Below are positions 17,903 to 28,225 of a stretch of DNA of 64,000 nt, piece by piece. Position 1 is the first letter of the stretch. Each line of letters begins with the position of its first letter. The notes below the pieces were generated by a model. That model searched no databases. It was not told the origin of the DNA and worked only from the letters and a program-made list of their open reading frames with translations. Made by a program: the position numbers and the translations under genes. Origin of the DNA: an uncultured Rickettsiales bacterium. GTDB lineage: Bacteria > Pseudomonadota > Alphaproteobacteria > Rickettsiales > RI-342. The stretch spans positions 87,430 to 151,429 of the forward strand of contig CAZIGK010000001.1 of the NCBI GenBank assembly GCA_964538615.1, in the 5' to 3' direction.

Positions 17903-18373
17903 ATGATCCGACTAAGCCGTATGGCTGATTACGCTATTGTCATTGCATCGACCATCGCGCAGGAGCGCGGGGGGTTGTATAGTGCGCAGGCATTGGCCAG
18001 TGTTTCACAACTAACACTGCCAACGGTCAGCAAAATTTTAAAGCAACTGGTGAAAGCGGGTATTTTAGCATCTGTCCGGGGGAGTCAGGGCGGGTATCGG
18101 CTGGCACATGCCGCACAGGATATTAGCATCGCTGCGATTATTGAGGCGATGGATGGCCCGATTGCCCTCACCGAATGTGTGGATGCACATGATGAAGGCA
18201 CCTGTCAGATTGAATCTATTTGTGGAATGAAAAGCGGTTGGGACAAGGTGAATCTGGCAGTGCGCAGCGCGTTGCAGGGGGTCACACTTTCTGATTTTGC
18301 TTATAACCCGCTCTTTATCAGCCACGGGGCACCTGCACAGCAAGTGCGGCCACTGGCAGTGCATGAGGGATAA
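17903..18373 (+). CDS. Rrf2 family transcriptional regulator (SUF system regulator type)
   Basis: MIRLSRMADYAI... winged-helix N-terminus and a Cys cluster (C..C....C region, ECVDAHDEGTCQIESICG). First gene of the suf operon. Confidence 0.88.
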   Translation: MIRLSRMADYAIVIASTIAQERGGLYSAQALASVSQLTLPTVSKILKQLVKAGILASVRGSQGGYRLAHAAQDISIAAIIEAMDGPIALTECVDAHDEGTCQIESICGMKSGWDKVNLAVRSALQGVTLSDFAYNPLFISHGAPAQQVRPLAVHEG

Positions 18374-18379
18374 GACACG

Positions 18380-19819
18380 ATGAGTAATGTAGAGATTCAG
18401 GCGCTGGCCAACCGGAAGTACAAATATGGCTTTGTGACCGATATTGAGGCGGAACGCGCACCGAAAGGATTGAGTGAGGATACGGTGCGTTTTATTTCCG
18501 CCAAAAAGGGCGAACCGGAATGGTTGCTGGAATGGCGTTTAAATGCTTTTCGGAAATGGCTGACCATGCAGGAGCCAGGCTGGGCAAAAATGCAGTATCA
18601 CCGCATTGATTATCAGGATGCGTATTATTACTCCGCCCCGAAACCAAAGAAAAAGCTGAACTCTTTGGATGAAGTGGATCCGGAATTATTAAAGACCTAT
18701 GACAAACTGGGCATTCCTCTGCTGGAACAAAAACGTCTGGCCGGTGTGGCGGTAGATGCGGTGTTTGATAGTGTCTCTGTAGCGACAACATACAAAGACG
18801 AACTGGAAAAGCATGGGGTGATTTTTTGCTCTATGTCTGAGGCGGTGAAACGTTGCCCTGAACTGGTGCGGCAGTATTTAGGTTCTGTTGTGCCTGTGGG
18901 GGATAATTTTTTCTCCGCGCTAAATAGTGCTGTCTTTTCCGATGGATCCTTTGTGTATATTCCCAAGGGTGTGCGTTGCCCGATGGAGCTTTCGACCTAT
19001 TTCCGGATTAATGACGCTGAGACGGGGCAGTTTGAGCGCACACTGATTATTTGTGAAGATGACGCCTATGTGAGTTATCTGGAGGGCTGTACGGCTCCGC
19101 AGCGTGATGAAAACCAGCTACATGCCGCAGTCGTCGAGTTGGTGGCGCTGAACCGGTCGGAAATTAAATATTCCACCGTACAGAACTGGTACCCCGGCGA
19201 TGAAGAAGGCAAAGGTGGCATTTATAATTTTGTGACCAAGCGCGGCGCATGCCGTGGGGTGGCATCTAAAATTAGCTGGACGCAGGTGGAGACGGGGTCT
19301 TCTCATACATGGAAGTACCCAAGCTGCATTTTGCAGGGGGATGAATCGGTTGGGGAGTTTTACTCCGTCGCGTTGACCAATCATCATCAGCAGGCGGATA
19401 CGGGTACCAAGATGGTGCATATTGGAAAAAACACCAAAAGCACCATTATTTCAAAAGGAATTTCTGCCGGTAAAAGCCAGAACACCTATCGGGGTTTGGT
19501 GAAGATTCTGCCGGGTGCCGAAGGGGCGAGAAATTATACGCAATGTGATTCCCTGTTGCTGGGCAACCAATGTGGGGCGCATACGGTTCCCTACATTGAG
19601 GTAAAAAATCCATCCGCACAGGTGGAGCATGAAGCCACCACCAGCAAAATCAGTGAAGACCAACTGTATTATTGCATGCAGAGGGGGCTGAGCGAAGAGG
19701 ATGCGGTTTCGACCATTGTGAACGGCTTTTGCAAAGAAGTGTTGAAAGAGTTGCCGATGGAATTTGCCGTGGAAGCACAGGCGCTACTTTCCGTTTCGCT
19801 GGAAGGCGCAGTGGGTTGA
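18380..19819 (+). CDS. sufB: Fe-S cluster assembly protein SufB
   Basis: 479 aa with characteristic SufB sequence throughout (e.g. [26 protein letters not shown] segment). Confidence 0.96.
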   Translation: MSNVEIQALANRKYKYGFVTDIEAERAPKGLSEDTVRFISAKKGEPEWLLEWRLNAFRKWLTMQEPGWAKMQYHRIDYQDAYYYSAPKPKKKLNSLDEVDPELLKTYDKLGIPLLEQKRLAGVAVDAVFDSVSVATTYKDELEKHGVIFCSMSEAVKRCPELVRQYLGSVVPVGDNFFSALNSAVFSDGSFVYIPKGVRCPMELSTYFRINDAETGQFERTLIICEDDAYVSYLEGCTAPQRDENQLHAAVVELVALNRSEIKYSTVQNWYPGDEEGKGGIYNFVTKRGACRGVASKISWTQVETGSSHTWKYPSCILQGDESVGEFYSVALTNHHQQADTGTKMVHIGKNTKSTIISKGISAGKSQNTYRGLVKILPGAEGARNYTQCDSLLLGNQCGAHTVPYIEVKNPSAQVEHEATTSKISEDQLYYCMQRGLSEEDAVSTIVNGFCKEVLKELPMEFAVEAQALLSVSLEGAVG

Positions 19820-19879
19820 AGCGGCACGCTGGATAAGACAATGGAAACCGAACATGACGACGAGCATAAAGGATAGACC

Positions 19880-20647
19880 ATGACCACCCTGCTAGACATT
19901 ACTGATTTGCATGCCCGTGTGGATGGCAAAGAGATTTTGCAAGGTATTAACCTGACCATTAAAGCCGGGGAAGTGCATGCGATTATGGGACCAAATGGGT
20001 CTGGCAAGAGCACACTTTCGCACGTTATTGCAGGGCGAGAGGGCTATGAGATAACGCGTGGCGAATTACGCTACAAAGGTGAAGATATTGTTGAGCAAAC
20101 GGTGGATGAGCGCGCCCGTAACGGGATTTTTCTGGCTTTCCAATACCCCGTGGAAATACCCGGCGTGAACAGCATGAACTTTCTGAAATCTTCCGTCAAT
20201 GCGGTGCGCAAACAGCGCGGTGAAGCGGAGATGGATGCGTTTGAGTTTTTGAAAACTGTCCGTGCCAAAATTAAAGAACTGGAAATGAACGAGGCATTAC
20301 TCAAGCGCCCTGTGAACAGTGGGTTTTCCGGCGGAGAAAAAAAGCGTTTTGAGACATTGCAAATGATGATGTTGCAACCGAGTCTGGCCATTTTGGATGA
20401 GACCGATTCTGGCTTGGATATTGATGCTTTGCGCATGGTGGCACAAGGGGTAAACAGCCTGCGCTCGGAGGAGCGTGGTATGCTGGTGATTACGCACTAT
20501 CAGCGGTTATTGGATTATATTACGCCGGATTATGTGCATGTACTGGCAGGCGGCAGGATTGTGCGTTCTGGTGGAAAAGAGCTGGCTACCGAACTGGAAA
20601 AAGAGGGTTATGCCTTTTTGCAGGACGGGAAAGGAGCCGCCGCATGA
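19880..20647 (+). CDS. sufC: Fe-S cluster assembly ATPase SufC
   Basis: Walker A GPNGSGKST, ABC signature FSGGEKKR, Walker B ILDETDSGLD. Confidence 0.96.
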   Translation: MTTLLDITDLHARVDGKEILQGINLTIKAGEVHAIMGPNGSGKSTLSHVIAGREGYEITRGELRYKGEDIVEQTVDERARNGIFLAFQYPVEIPGVNSMNFLKSSVNAVRKQRGEAEMDAFEFLKTVRAKIKELEMNEALLKRPVNSGFSGGEKKRFETLQMMMLQPSLAILDETDSGLDIDALRMVAQGVNSLRSEERGMLVITHYQRLLDYITPDYVHVLAGGRIVRSGGKELATELEKEGYAFLQDGKGAAA

Positions 20648-21957
20648 ATGTCGTGATGGCGCAACACCCTGCCCTGCCTATCGGGGATCTCTGGCAGGCT
20701 TTGTTGGGGAATTTGCCGGGGCACCAGCATGTATGGTTGCAGGAGTTGCGGGAGGCATCTCTGGAATTGTATCAGGCGGGTATTGCGGACTTATTGAAGG
20801 GTGAAAAATGGAAATATGCCCGCCTGCCGGAGCCGGTTGCTTCCGATAGGCGAGCAGGCGAAGGACCCGATTTACTGGAAGTGGAGATTGCGGAACAGGA
20901 TGTGACGCGTCTGGTATTTTTGAACGGGATTTTTAATGCTGAACTTTCGCACAGTTTGCCGGATGGGTTGGAGTGCAAGCCCTTTTCCAGCCATTGGCAG
21001 GATGCAGATATTCAGCGTTACATGCGTAGCGCTCATGGTCACGCGAAAGATGCTGTGGATGCGCTATCACTGGCGCTGGCTGGGGATGGTACGTACCTGA
21101 CACTGGCGGCGGATGTGAAACTAAGCCAACCGTTGCATGTAGTTTTCTATTACACCACGGAAGCAACCCATGCCTTCCGGCACCGGTGGTTGTTTGAACG
21201 GGGAAGCCATGCCCAGATTATAGAAACCCACCTTAGCACCCTCCCCTGCTGGAACCTGCACCACCAGTTGATTGAGCTTGAGGAATCGGCCTCTGTGCAG
21301 CATTTGGTGATTCAGCAGGAGCATGCCGAAGCCACACACCTGTTGCAGCGGCGTATCAAGCAGGAAGGTTTTAGTGATTACCAACTGACAGCGTTGACAC
21401 TTGGTGGCAAAACGGCTCGTCAGGAAGTGACCAGTCACCTGCGTGGTGCGGAGGCGCGTAGCCGGGTGACAGCGGCGCATCTGGCGCGTGACCGCCAGCA
21501 ACATAGCCACTATGTAGCGGCGTTGCATGAGGCACACCATGCACATAGTGAACAGCAATTCCGCTCTGTACTGGATGGTCAGGCAAGAGGGGTGTTTTAC
21601 GGTAAGGTTGGAGTGCCGGAGCATATTCAGCATTCCGAGGCGCACCAATTATTGCGGGCGGTTTTACTGTCACGCAGTGCGGAAGCCGATGTGCGGCCTG
21701 AACTGGAAATTTTGAACGATGATGTGGTGTGTTCGCACGGGGCAACGGTCGGGCAAATTGACCGTAACGCATTGTATTATCTTCTCGCACGGGGGATACC
21801 AGAAAGAGAGGCGCGGAAGTTATTGATTTCCGCTTTTGTGGATAGCCTGTTTGATGAGAACCTGAGTGAGTCCCTGATGCATCATGTCCAGGTATTGGTG
21901 GATGCGTGGGTAGAGAAGGCGTTTGACGGTGGAATAGCCGCAGGGGGGGCTGTATGA
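20644..21957 (+). CDS. sufD: Fe-S cluster assembly protein SufD
   Basis: 437 aa with SufD-type C-terminal beta-helix sequence. ATGA overlap with sufC. Confidence 0.9.
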   Translation: MNVVMAQHPALPIGDLWQALLGNLPGHQHVWLQELREASLELYQAGIADLLKGEKWKYARLPEPVASDRRAGEGPDLLEVEIAEQDVTRLVFLNGIFNAELSHSLPDGLECKPFSSHWQDADIQRYMRSAHGHAKDAVDALSLALAGDGTYLTLAADVKLSQPLHVVFYYTTEATHAFRHRWLFERGSHAQIIETHLSTLPCWNLHHQLIELEESASVQHLVIQQEHAEATHLLQRRIKQEGFSDYQLTALTLGGKTARQEVTSHLRGAEARSRVTAAHLARDRQQHSHYVAALHEAHHAHSEQQFRSVLDGQARGVFYGKVGVPEHIQHSEAHQLLRAVLLSRSAEADVRPELEILNDDVVCSHGATVGQIDRNALYYLLARGIPEREARKLLISAFVDSLFDENLSESLMHHVQVLVDAWVEKAFDGGIAAGGAV

Positions 21958-23216
21958 GCGCCCTGCCAGCCATGTCCCCACACCCTGTCTTGGATGAAGC
22001 ATTGCTAAACCGGATTCGGGAAGATTTTCCGATATTGGCGAGGCCGGTCTATGGCCATAAACGGCTGGCGTTTCTGGACACCGCAGCCAGTGCGCAAAAA
22101 CCACGCGCCGTGATAGATGCCATGCGCGATTGCATGGAACAGGGGTACGCGAATATTCACCGTGGCATGTATTATCACTCCATGCGTCTGACCGAAGCTT
22201 TTGAAGCCGTACGTCGTAAAGTTGCGCAGTTTATGCATGCGGCCACTGCGGATGAAATTGTGTTTGTACGGGGTGCGACTGAAGGTATTAACCTGATTGC
22301 ACAGTGCTATGGTCAGGCATTTTTGCGAGAGGGAGATGAAGTGATAATCTCCGCGCTGGAGCACCATGCCAATATTGTCCCCTGGCAAATGCTGCGCGAG
22401 CGGCTGGGGATTGTGCTGAAGGTGATTCCGCTACGGGAAGACCAGACGCTGGATATGGATGCCTATGCCCGATTATTGACTGACAGAACCCGGCTGGTGA
22501 GTGTGGGGCACGTCTCCAATGCGCTGGGTATCATTAACCCGGTGAAGGAGATTATTACACAGGCGCATCAGGCAGGGGCACATGTGCTGCTGGACGGCTG
22601 TCAGGCCGCCCCGCATATGAAGTTGGACATGCAGGAACTGGGAGCGGATTTTTACGTTTTCTCTGGCCACAAGCTTTATGGCCCGACGGGTATTGGCATT
22701 TTATATGGCCGTTATGAGCTGATGGCGCAACTGCCACCGTATCAGGGGGGTGGTGAAATGATTGACAAAGTGACGTTTGAAGAAACCACCTTTCTGCCGC
22801 CTCCCCACCGTTTTGAAGCCGGGACGCCTGCGATTGTGGAAGTGATTGGACTGGGAGCCGCCATTGATTATCTACAAGGGTTGGATACTGAGGCATTGCA
22901 CCGACAAGAGCACGCACTGCGCGCCTATGCCACGGATGCGTTGCTGGAGATTTCCGGCTTAACCCTCTATGGCCATGTGGAGCATAAGATTGGTGTGCTG
23001 TCTTTTTCCATCCATGGGTTACACCCGCAGGATATGGGATCTATTCTGGATCGGGACGGGGTGGCCATTCGCGCAGGTCATCATTGTGCGCAACCATTGA
23101 TGCAAAGGTTGGGAGTGCCTGCCACTGCCCGTGCGTCTTTGGGGATTTACAGTGGCACAGATGACATTGACCAATTAGTCCAATCCATCCATAAAGCTAT
23201 CAATATGTTGGGGTGA
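21954..23216 (+). CDS. sufS: Cysteine desulfurase SufS
   Basis: Class V aminotransferase with PLP Lys motif (FSGHKLYGPTGIG) and catalytic Cys segment (RAGHHCAQPL). Confidence 0.95.
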   Translation: MSALPAMSPHPVLDEALLNRIREDFPILARPVYGHKRLAFLDTAASAQKPRAVIDAMRDCMEQGYANIHRGMYYHSMRLTEAFEAVRRKVAQFMHAATADEIVFVRGATEGINLIAQCYGQAFLREGDEVIISALEHHANIVPWQMLRERLGIVLKVIPLREDQTLDMDAYARLLTDRTRLVSVGHVSNALGIINPVKEIITQAHQAGAHVLLDGCQAAPHMKLDMQELGADFYVFSGHKLYGPTGIGILYGRYELMAQLPPYQGGGEMIDKVTFEETTFLPPPHRFEAGTPAIVEVIGLGAAIDYLQGLDTEALHRQEHALRAYATDALLEISGLTLYGHVEHKIGVLSFSIHGLHPQDMGSILDRDGVAIRAGHHCAQPLMQRLGVPATARASLGIYSGTDDIDQLVQSIHKAINMLG

Positions 23217-23223
23217 TGCTGCC

Positions 23224-23598
23224 ATGTCTATTTTTGCTCCTGCACCGGAACTGACGATTCAAAAAGTGCCTCTGCCTGCGGATATTAATGAACAACCGTT
23301 AGAAGAGCGCATTATAACAGCCCTCAAGACCGTGTATGACCCTGAAATTCCTGTGAATATTTGGGAACTTGGGTTGGTATATAAGCATGAACTGGTGGAT
23401 GGGCGCAAGGCTGTGGTGGAGATGACGGTCACCGCGCCCGCTTGTCCGGTAGCGGGGCAGATGCCCGGTGCCGTGGAGGAGCGGTTGCTGGAGGTGGATG
23501 GAATTGAAGCTGCCGAGGTGACACTGGTGTGGGATCCACCATGGCATAAAGACCTGATGAGTGATGAAGCGAAACTGACGCTGAATATGTTTGATTAA
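23224..23598 (+). CDS. DUF59 (SufT/MIP18-like) Fe-S assembly protein
   Basis: ITALKTVYDPEIPVNIWELGLVY and TAPACP motifs. Confidence 0.88.
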   Translation: MSIFAPAPELTIQKVPLPADINEQPLEERIITALKTVYDPEIPVNIWELGLVYKHELVDGRKAVVEMTVTAPACPVAGQMPGAVEERLLEVDGIEAAEVTLVWDPPWHKDLMSDEAKLTLNMFD

Positions 23599-23610
23599 GG
23601 AGAATGGGGA

Positions 23611-23970
23611 ATGGCTGCCGCACTACTTACCCTGACGCCAAGTGCCGTGGAAAAAGTGAAGAACCTGCTGAGTGTATCCGACAAGCCGGTGAAGGGGATT
23701 CGTGTCTCCGTGAATACCAAGGGCTGCACAGGACATGCCTATCAGTTTGATTATGTGGAGGAACCCAAACCGACCGATGAAATGGTGGAACAGGATGGCG
23801 CCCGTGTGTATGTGGATTTTGCAGCGACCATGTATATCATCGGCAGTGTGATGGATTGGCAGGAGAGCGATACCAAAGCAGGCTTTTCCTTTCATAACCC
23901 CAATGAAACCGGGCGCTGCGGTTGTGGGGAATCGTTTTATGTCGAAAAGGATGCGCTGGCGAAGCGTTGA
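23611..23970 (+). CDS. Fe-S cluster insertion A-type carrier (IscA/SufA/ErpA family)
   Basis: GC.G..Y motif and C-terminal CGCGESF motif. AAGGAG SD. Confidence 0.92.
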   Translation: MAAALLTLTPSAVEKVKNLLSVSDKPVKGIRVSVNTKGCTGHAYQFDYVEEPKPTDEMVEQDGARVYVDFAATMYIIGSVMDWQESDTKAGFSFHNPNETGRCGCGESFYVEKDALAKR

Positions 23971-24125
23971 CTTCAGCCGTTGACGTACCCCCGAAAAAAA
24001 CGGGAATGTGCCGCGCTATTTGCGTATGAGAGGGTTAGCGAGTCAGGTAACATGCCGTGACAGAACGGGTTTGCGGGAGTATCGCGTTGCATCGCATGGT
24101 CGCGGTTTATGGACAGGGCGAACCC

Positions 24126-25160
24126 TTACTGTTCCGGCGGACAGAGAGCCAACAGCCAACTGACCTGCCACAGCATGGCGTTATCGTCTGTCACGAGCCA
24201 CAGGACAGGCTGCCCACGATCGTTGGGGAGCCATGCCAGTCCTTCCAAATTATCCTGCCATGTAATGCCCGTTTCTTTGCGGAGCAGCAGGGAGCTGGTG
24301 TCATGCTTTAATAACTGGCTGACATGCGCCTGAAACCCGTTCAGCCAGTGAAACCTGCGTTCTGCCAGCCACCATTGCCCCTGTATATCGCTGGCGAGAG
24401 CCGTTGGCTGGAACGGGAAGGCGTAAGGAAAAGCATAAGGCGCGGGTTTGATGTTGCATGTTCCATCCGGCAAGGGGGTGATGCGCAGGAGTGCATTTTC
24501 TTCCGGTGTGGTGGATTCCTCACGCAAGGCTAGCAGGCTTTGTTGGGTATTATCCCACAGTAGGGATTCCACACCCTTATTATCTTCCGCCGTGATATAG
24601 GCAGGGGGAATGGGGCAAGTATGCGTGCGATGAAAACTACCATCTGCCTGGGGACTGTAGCCTTCTACACGGTGTTCGCGCTCAAAGGCAATCCAGAGAC
24701 GTCCGTAGCGATCCATGGTCAGCCCTTCCGCATCGCGGCTGCGCATGGTTTGTGCTGATTGAGCAGGAGGAGGCAGGCGCATGGGAGCCGTGGCGCTGAT
24801 GGACTGGATGCGCCCTTGCTGCCAATGCGGGTGCAGGCGCAATGTTTGGGCGTCATCACTCACCAGCCAGAGGGTACCATGAAGCGGATCCGCCACCATA
24901 TCCGACCAGCCCCCCACTTCCGGATGGGTGCTGCGTAGCTGAAATGCGCCGCAAACCCGCCATGCGGGGGGTAGGTGTATATCGGCAGGGGCAGTATGCG
25001 GCACCACCTGTACGCTGCCCAAAGCAGCAGCATGCAGTGGTAGCGGCAAAATCCCTAACAGCAGCCACATGCCGACGATGCGCACGAAGCTTTGGGAATG
25101 GGAGAGGAATGTATGGAATGCGGCTATATGACCGCGTGCCAGTAACATCAGACTTATCAC
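24126..25160 (-). CDS. Esterase-like activity of phytase family protein (exported beta-propeller-like)
   Basis: VGGWSDMVADPLHGTLWLVSDD and NLEGLAWL...LWLVTDDN segments resemble the phytase-like family. Hydrophobic signal-like segment MWLLLGILPLPLHAAA. GTG start overlaps the tonB stop (GTGA). Confidence 0.6.
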   Translation of the reverse strand: MISLMLLARGHIAAFHTFLSHSQSFVRIVGMWLLLGILPLPLHAAALGSVQVVPHTAPADIHLPPAWRVCGAFQLRSTHPEVGGWSDMVADPLHGTLWLVSDDAQTLRLHPHWQQGRIQSISATAPMRLPPPAQSAQTMRSRDAEGLTMDRYGRLWIAFEREHRVEGYSPQADGSFHRTHTCPIPPAYITAEDNKGVESLLWDNTQQSLLALREESTTPEENALLRITPLPDGTCNIKPAPYAFPYAFPFQPTALASDIQGQWWLAERRFHWLNGFQAHVSQLLKHDTSSLLLRKETGITWQDNLEGLAWLPNDRGQPVLWLVTDDNAMLWQVSWLLALCPPEQ

Positions 25161-26191
25161 GGCGCGGTAGAACCGAAACTGACGGGAATGATGAACTCAA
25201 ACCGCTCTCCTGCCGGATAATCTGGCGGAATGGCCGGCATGGGAGCCGCACGTTGCACCATGTCTTTCGCTGCCATGTCCAACACCGGATGTTGGCTGGA
25301 AAGTTCCAGCCAGGAATTGAGCAATCGCCCTTCCCTATTGATTTGGATGCGTACCAGCACATTGCCGCTGAGGTTGTTATTGCGGGCATACGCCGGGTAG
25401 GTTTTGTGTTTCAATATCCATTGCGAGAGTTGTTGTTCGTAACGGGCGATGACCTGTGCATCGCGCATTTGGGTGGCATTGGTAGCAGAGAGGGAATCTC
25501 TGACGTAGCGCCGACTTTCCCAAGGGGCAACCCCCTGACCGGAGCCGGAGGCTACAGAAGGAGAAGAGGTTTGCCGGGTGGTCGTGCCAGAGGATTTAGC
25601 CGAGGATTGTTGGCGCAGAGCGTCCCGCAAATGGACTGTTTTAGGAGCCTGAGGGGTTGGAAGTGTGGCAACGGCCGGAGTATCCTGCGGGATATCCGCA
25701 TCATCCGTGGATTGCGCGGTGATATGATCTGTGGGTTCCGGAGGGAAGAGCCAGTCATCCACGCTCTCTTCTTCCACAATAGGCTGCGCGGTAGCAGTAG
25801 TGGGTGCAGCCATGGATGGCTCTGCGGGAGGAGGTGTTGCTGCTTCAGCGGCGGAGGCGAAATCAGACGACGTGGGGTTGGGTAAGCTGGAGGGCAGTTG
25901 CTCTGCGCTTTGTTCCGGGGTATCAGCCGTTGCCGGAGTGGATGCGGTATCGGCAGTGCTGTCTGGTGTGGCAGCGAATATTTCCCCCCCGCCAGAGAGC
26001 TTGAGGCTGAGAACGCGCACGGTTTTTACCTCTTCCGGTTCATAGAACCAGTCCCAGCCAGCAAAGCCCAGAGCGTGTACTGCAAGCGCAATGCCCAGTG
26101 CCGTAAAAAAATGGGTTTGCAGCACGCGGTATTTTGGCTCGGCTACGGCCAAATGGGTGGGCATGACGTGAGCGTAACGGCGAGAGCGCAT
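25157..26191 (-). CDS. tonB: Energy transducer TonB family protein
   Basis: N-terminal TM helix, long P/T/A/S-rich linker, and a C-terminal TonB domain (YPAYARNNNLSGNVLVRIQINREGRL...). Confidence 0.85.
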   Translation of the reverse strand: MRSRRYAHVMPTHLAVAEPKYRVLQTHFFTALGIALAVHALGFAGWDWFYEPEEVKTVRVLSLKLSGGGEIFAATPDSTADTASTPATADTPEQSAEQLPSSLPNPTSSDFASAAEAATPPPAEPSMAAPTTATAQPIVEEESVDDWLFPPEPTDHITAQSTDDADIPQDTPAVATLPTPQAPKTVHLRDALRQQSSAKSSGTTTRQTSSPSVASGSGQGVAPWESRRYVRDSLSATNATQMRDAQVIARYEQQLSQWILKHKTYPAYARNNNLSGNVLVRIQINREGRLLNSWLELSSQHPVLDMAAKDMVQRAAPMPAIPPDYPAGERFEFIIPVSFGSTAP

Positions 26192-26595
26192 TATTTACCC
26201 TGAGTGACCAGCGACACGTTCACCCCCCCTGCTTTTTTAATGACATCCAGCACGTCTATCATATCCCGCGCTTGCAGGTTGGCATCTGCTTTCAGGGTGA
26301 GGATGGTGTTGGGTTGTTCCTCTAGTTTAGCAGCGACCAATGCCTGTAGTGCTTTGGGCGGCACTTCATCTCCTGCGAAAATAATACGATTATCGCTGGT
26401 GAGTACCAGTTCCAGTTCACCGGATTCCAGCACTTTGCCGTTACGGGCTTCCGGCAGGGTGACCATGGCCGGGGTGTTTTTTTCAAAGCTGCCGGCAATC
26501 ATGAAAAACGTGAGGAGCAAAAAAATCACATTAATCAATGGAATAAGGCTTATAGCCGATGGTTTGCGCTCCGCACGGGTGAAATCCAGTTCCAT
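26191..26595 (-). CDS. exbD: Biopolymer transport protein ExbD/TolR
   Basis: 134 aa with ISLIPLINVIFLLLTFFM TM helix and an ExbD periplasmic domain. Confidence 0.9.
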   Translation of the reverse strand: MELDFTRAERKPSAISLIPLINVIFLLLTFFMIAGSFEKNTPAMVTLPEARNGKVLESGELELVLTSDNRIIFAGDEVPPKALQALVAAKLEEQPNTILTLKADANLQARDMIDVLDVIKKAGGVNVSLVTQGK

Positions 26596-26607
26596 TGCAG
26601 AAAACTC

Positions 26608-27006
26608 CTAATATTTCCAGTAGGATACAGCAATATTCTCGCCGCCTGCCTGATAGACTTTATCCATGACATCCACCACTTGCTGCACAGAAACATTATT
26701 GGTGGTCATGACCATGATTTTACGCTTAGGGTTGTTGCTCAGGCTTTCTGACAACAGGGTTTTCAGCTCTTGCGGCTGAATCGGCTGGTCGCGGAAAAAC
26801 AGGCGGTTTTGCTCCGCGATGACAATAATGACCGGACGTGCGTTTTCTCCCGTGGCGGCGGCTCCCGAAGGGAAAGAGAGTTCAATGGATTCCTGTCGGC
26901 TGAACGTGGTGGTGAGCATGAAAAACACAATCAACAAAAACACCACGTCAATGAGTGGAGTAATGTTGAGTTTATGCTTGCGGCCTATGCTGCGTTGAAA
27001 TTCCAC
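26608..27006 (-). CDS. exbD: Biopolymer transport protein ExbD/TolR (second paralog)
   Basis: 132 aa with LNITPLIDVVFLLIVFFM TM helix. Confidence 0.9.
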   Translation of the reverse strand: MEFQRSIGRKHKLNITPLIDVVFLLIVFFMLTTTFSRQESIELSFPSGAAATGENARPVIIVIAEQNRLFFRDQPIQPQELKTLLSESLSNNPKRKIMVMTTNNVSVQQVVDVMDKVYQAGGENIAVSYWKY

Positions 27007-27050
27007 GCGGGTTCTCCTGCTGGCAGTCTATGGTTCCCAAGCGGAAGGGA

Positions 27051-28007
27051 TCAGGCGGATTCGCCACGGCGACGCGCACGCGGGGCATGCCTGTCACTAT
27101 CGGGTCTTTCCGGCTGGTGATGTTCGTCCGCAAATGTATCCGGAGCGGGAGCAACACCCTGAATAGGCGCTTCACGGCGATAGGCTGGTGCTGGTGGGCG
27201 GGCAGCCTGTGCCTGACGCGGGTGCTGACCATGGGTTGCCGCAGGTGTCTGCTGGGGGCGTTCCCCCTGCGGGACGGCGTGCTGGGCGCGTTGCGCCTCT
27301 GCTGCGTGGCGTTGTGGCTGCTGTTGTGGCTGCTGTTGCGCGGCGGGGGCTTCGTGCTGGCGGCCACGGGCGGAGGCAATAACGGCATCAAACACCAGCA
27401 GGCGGGTGGTGGCGTCTTTTAAATTGGCGCGGAAAGCCTCGATTTGGCTATCAAACATGTAATGTGCTGCCATCGCCGGAATCGCAATGACCAGACCCGC
27501 TACGGTCGTGAGCAGGGCTTCCCAGATACCTCCGGCCAGCAATGCAGGATCTACCCGCGAGCCTGCATTTTCAAGGGTGGAAAAGGCGGTAACCATGCCT
27601 GCAACTGTGCCAAGCAGACCCAACAGAGGGCCAACGTTTGCCGCCAGATCCAGACCACGCATATAGCGTTCCAGATCCCGGATATGGGCATTGCCAACGC
27701 GCTGAATTTCCGCGTGGCGTTTGGGGGGAGACAGGCGCGGATCACGCAGGACATCCATGATGGCATGCAACACGCGTCCCAGAGGAGAAGGTGACAGGCG
27801 TGCGGTATCCATGGCGCGCATGACCTGACCATTTTCCAGCAGGTTGATGACATTATCTGCAACCTGGTCACTGGCAACGCGTCCCATGTAAAACTGATAG
27901 GATTTCAACAGAATAATAGCCATTGTGTAGACAGATAGCGCCATGAGTACGCCCATCACCAGTCCGCCCTTATCCATGGCAAGCGAAAAACTTTCACCCA
28001 GCGTCAT
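27051..28007 (-). CDS. exbB: MotA/TolQ/ExbB proton channel protein with a 107-aa low-complexity C-terminal tail
   Basis: Core motif GPLLGLLGTVAGM and three TM helices. Start trimmed to MTLGESF at 28007. The tail (27054-27374) is rich in Q/P/A/R/H. Confidence 0.88.
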   Translation of the reverse strand: MTLGESFSLAMDKGGLVMGVLMALSVYTMAIILLKSYQFYMGRVASDQVADNVINLLENGQVMRAMDTARLSPSPLGRVLHAIMDVLRDPRLSPPKRHAEIQRVGNAHIRDLERYMRGLDLAANVGPLLGLLGTVAGMVTAFSTLENAGSRVDPALLAGGIWEALLTTVAGLVIAIPAMAAHYMFDSQIEAFRANLKDATTRLLVFDAVIASARGRQHEAPAAQQQPQQQPQRHAAEAQRAQHAVPQGERPQQTPAATHGQHPRQAQAARPPAPAYRREAPIQGVAPAPDTFADEHHQPERPDSDRHAPRARRRGESA

Positions 28008-28225
28008 GCCTTGTACCCTCTGTTGTTTCTGCGTTTTGACAGATGCAATGATTAAAAAAACGTGGATGACGAGGACTAGCACATCTTCTCTGGCAATGCA
28101 CCTGTTTAAATGAGCCTGCGAATGGCTTTTAAGGCCATAGTACCGGGTAACGCGCAGCAAACCATTGACTAAACAAAAACAATAGTTAGGCTTTGCCCAC
28201 TTATTACCTACTGCATGTTGGGTTT

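Noticed and set aside
24842-25885. 347-aa plus-strand ORF.
   Set aside because: It is antisense to the tonB and phytase-like genes. Its sequence is Arg/Gly/Cys-rich and low in complexity, with no start context, so I read it as a shadow ORF.
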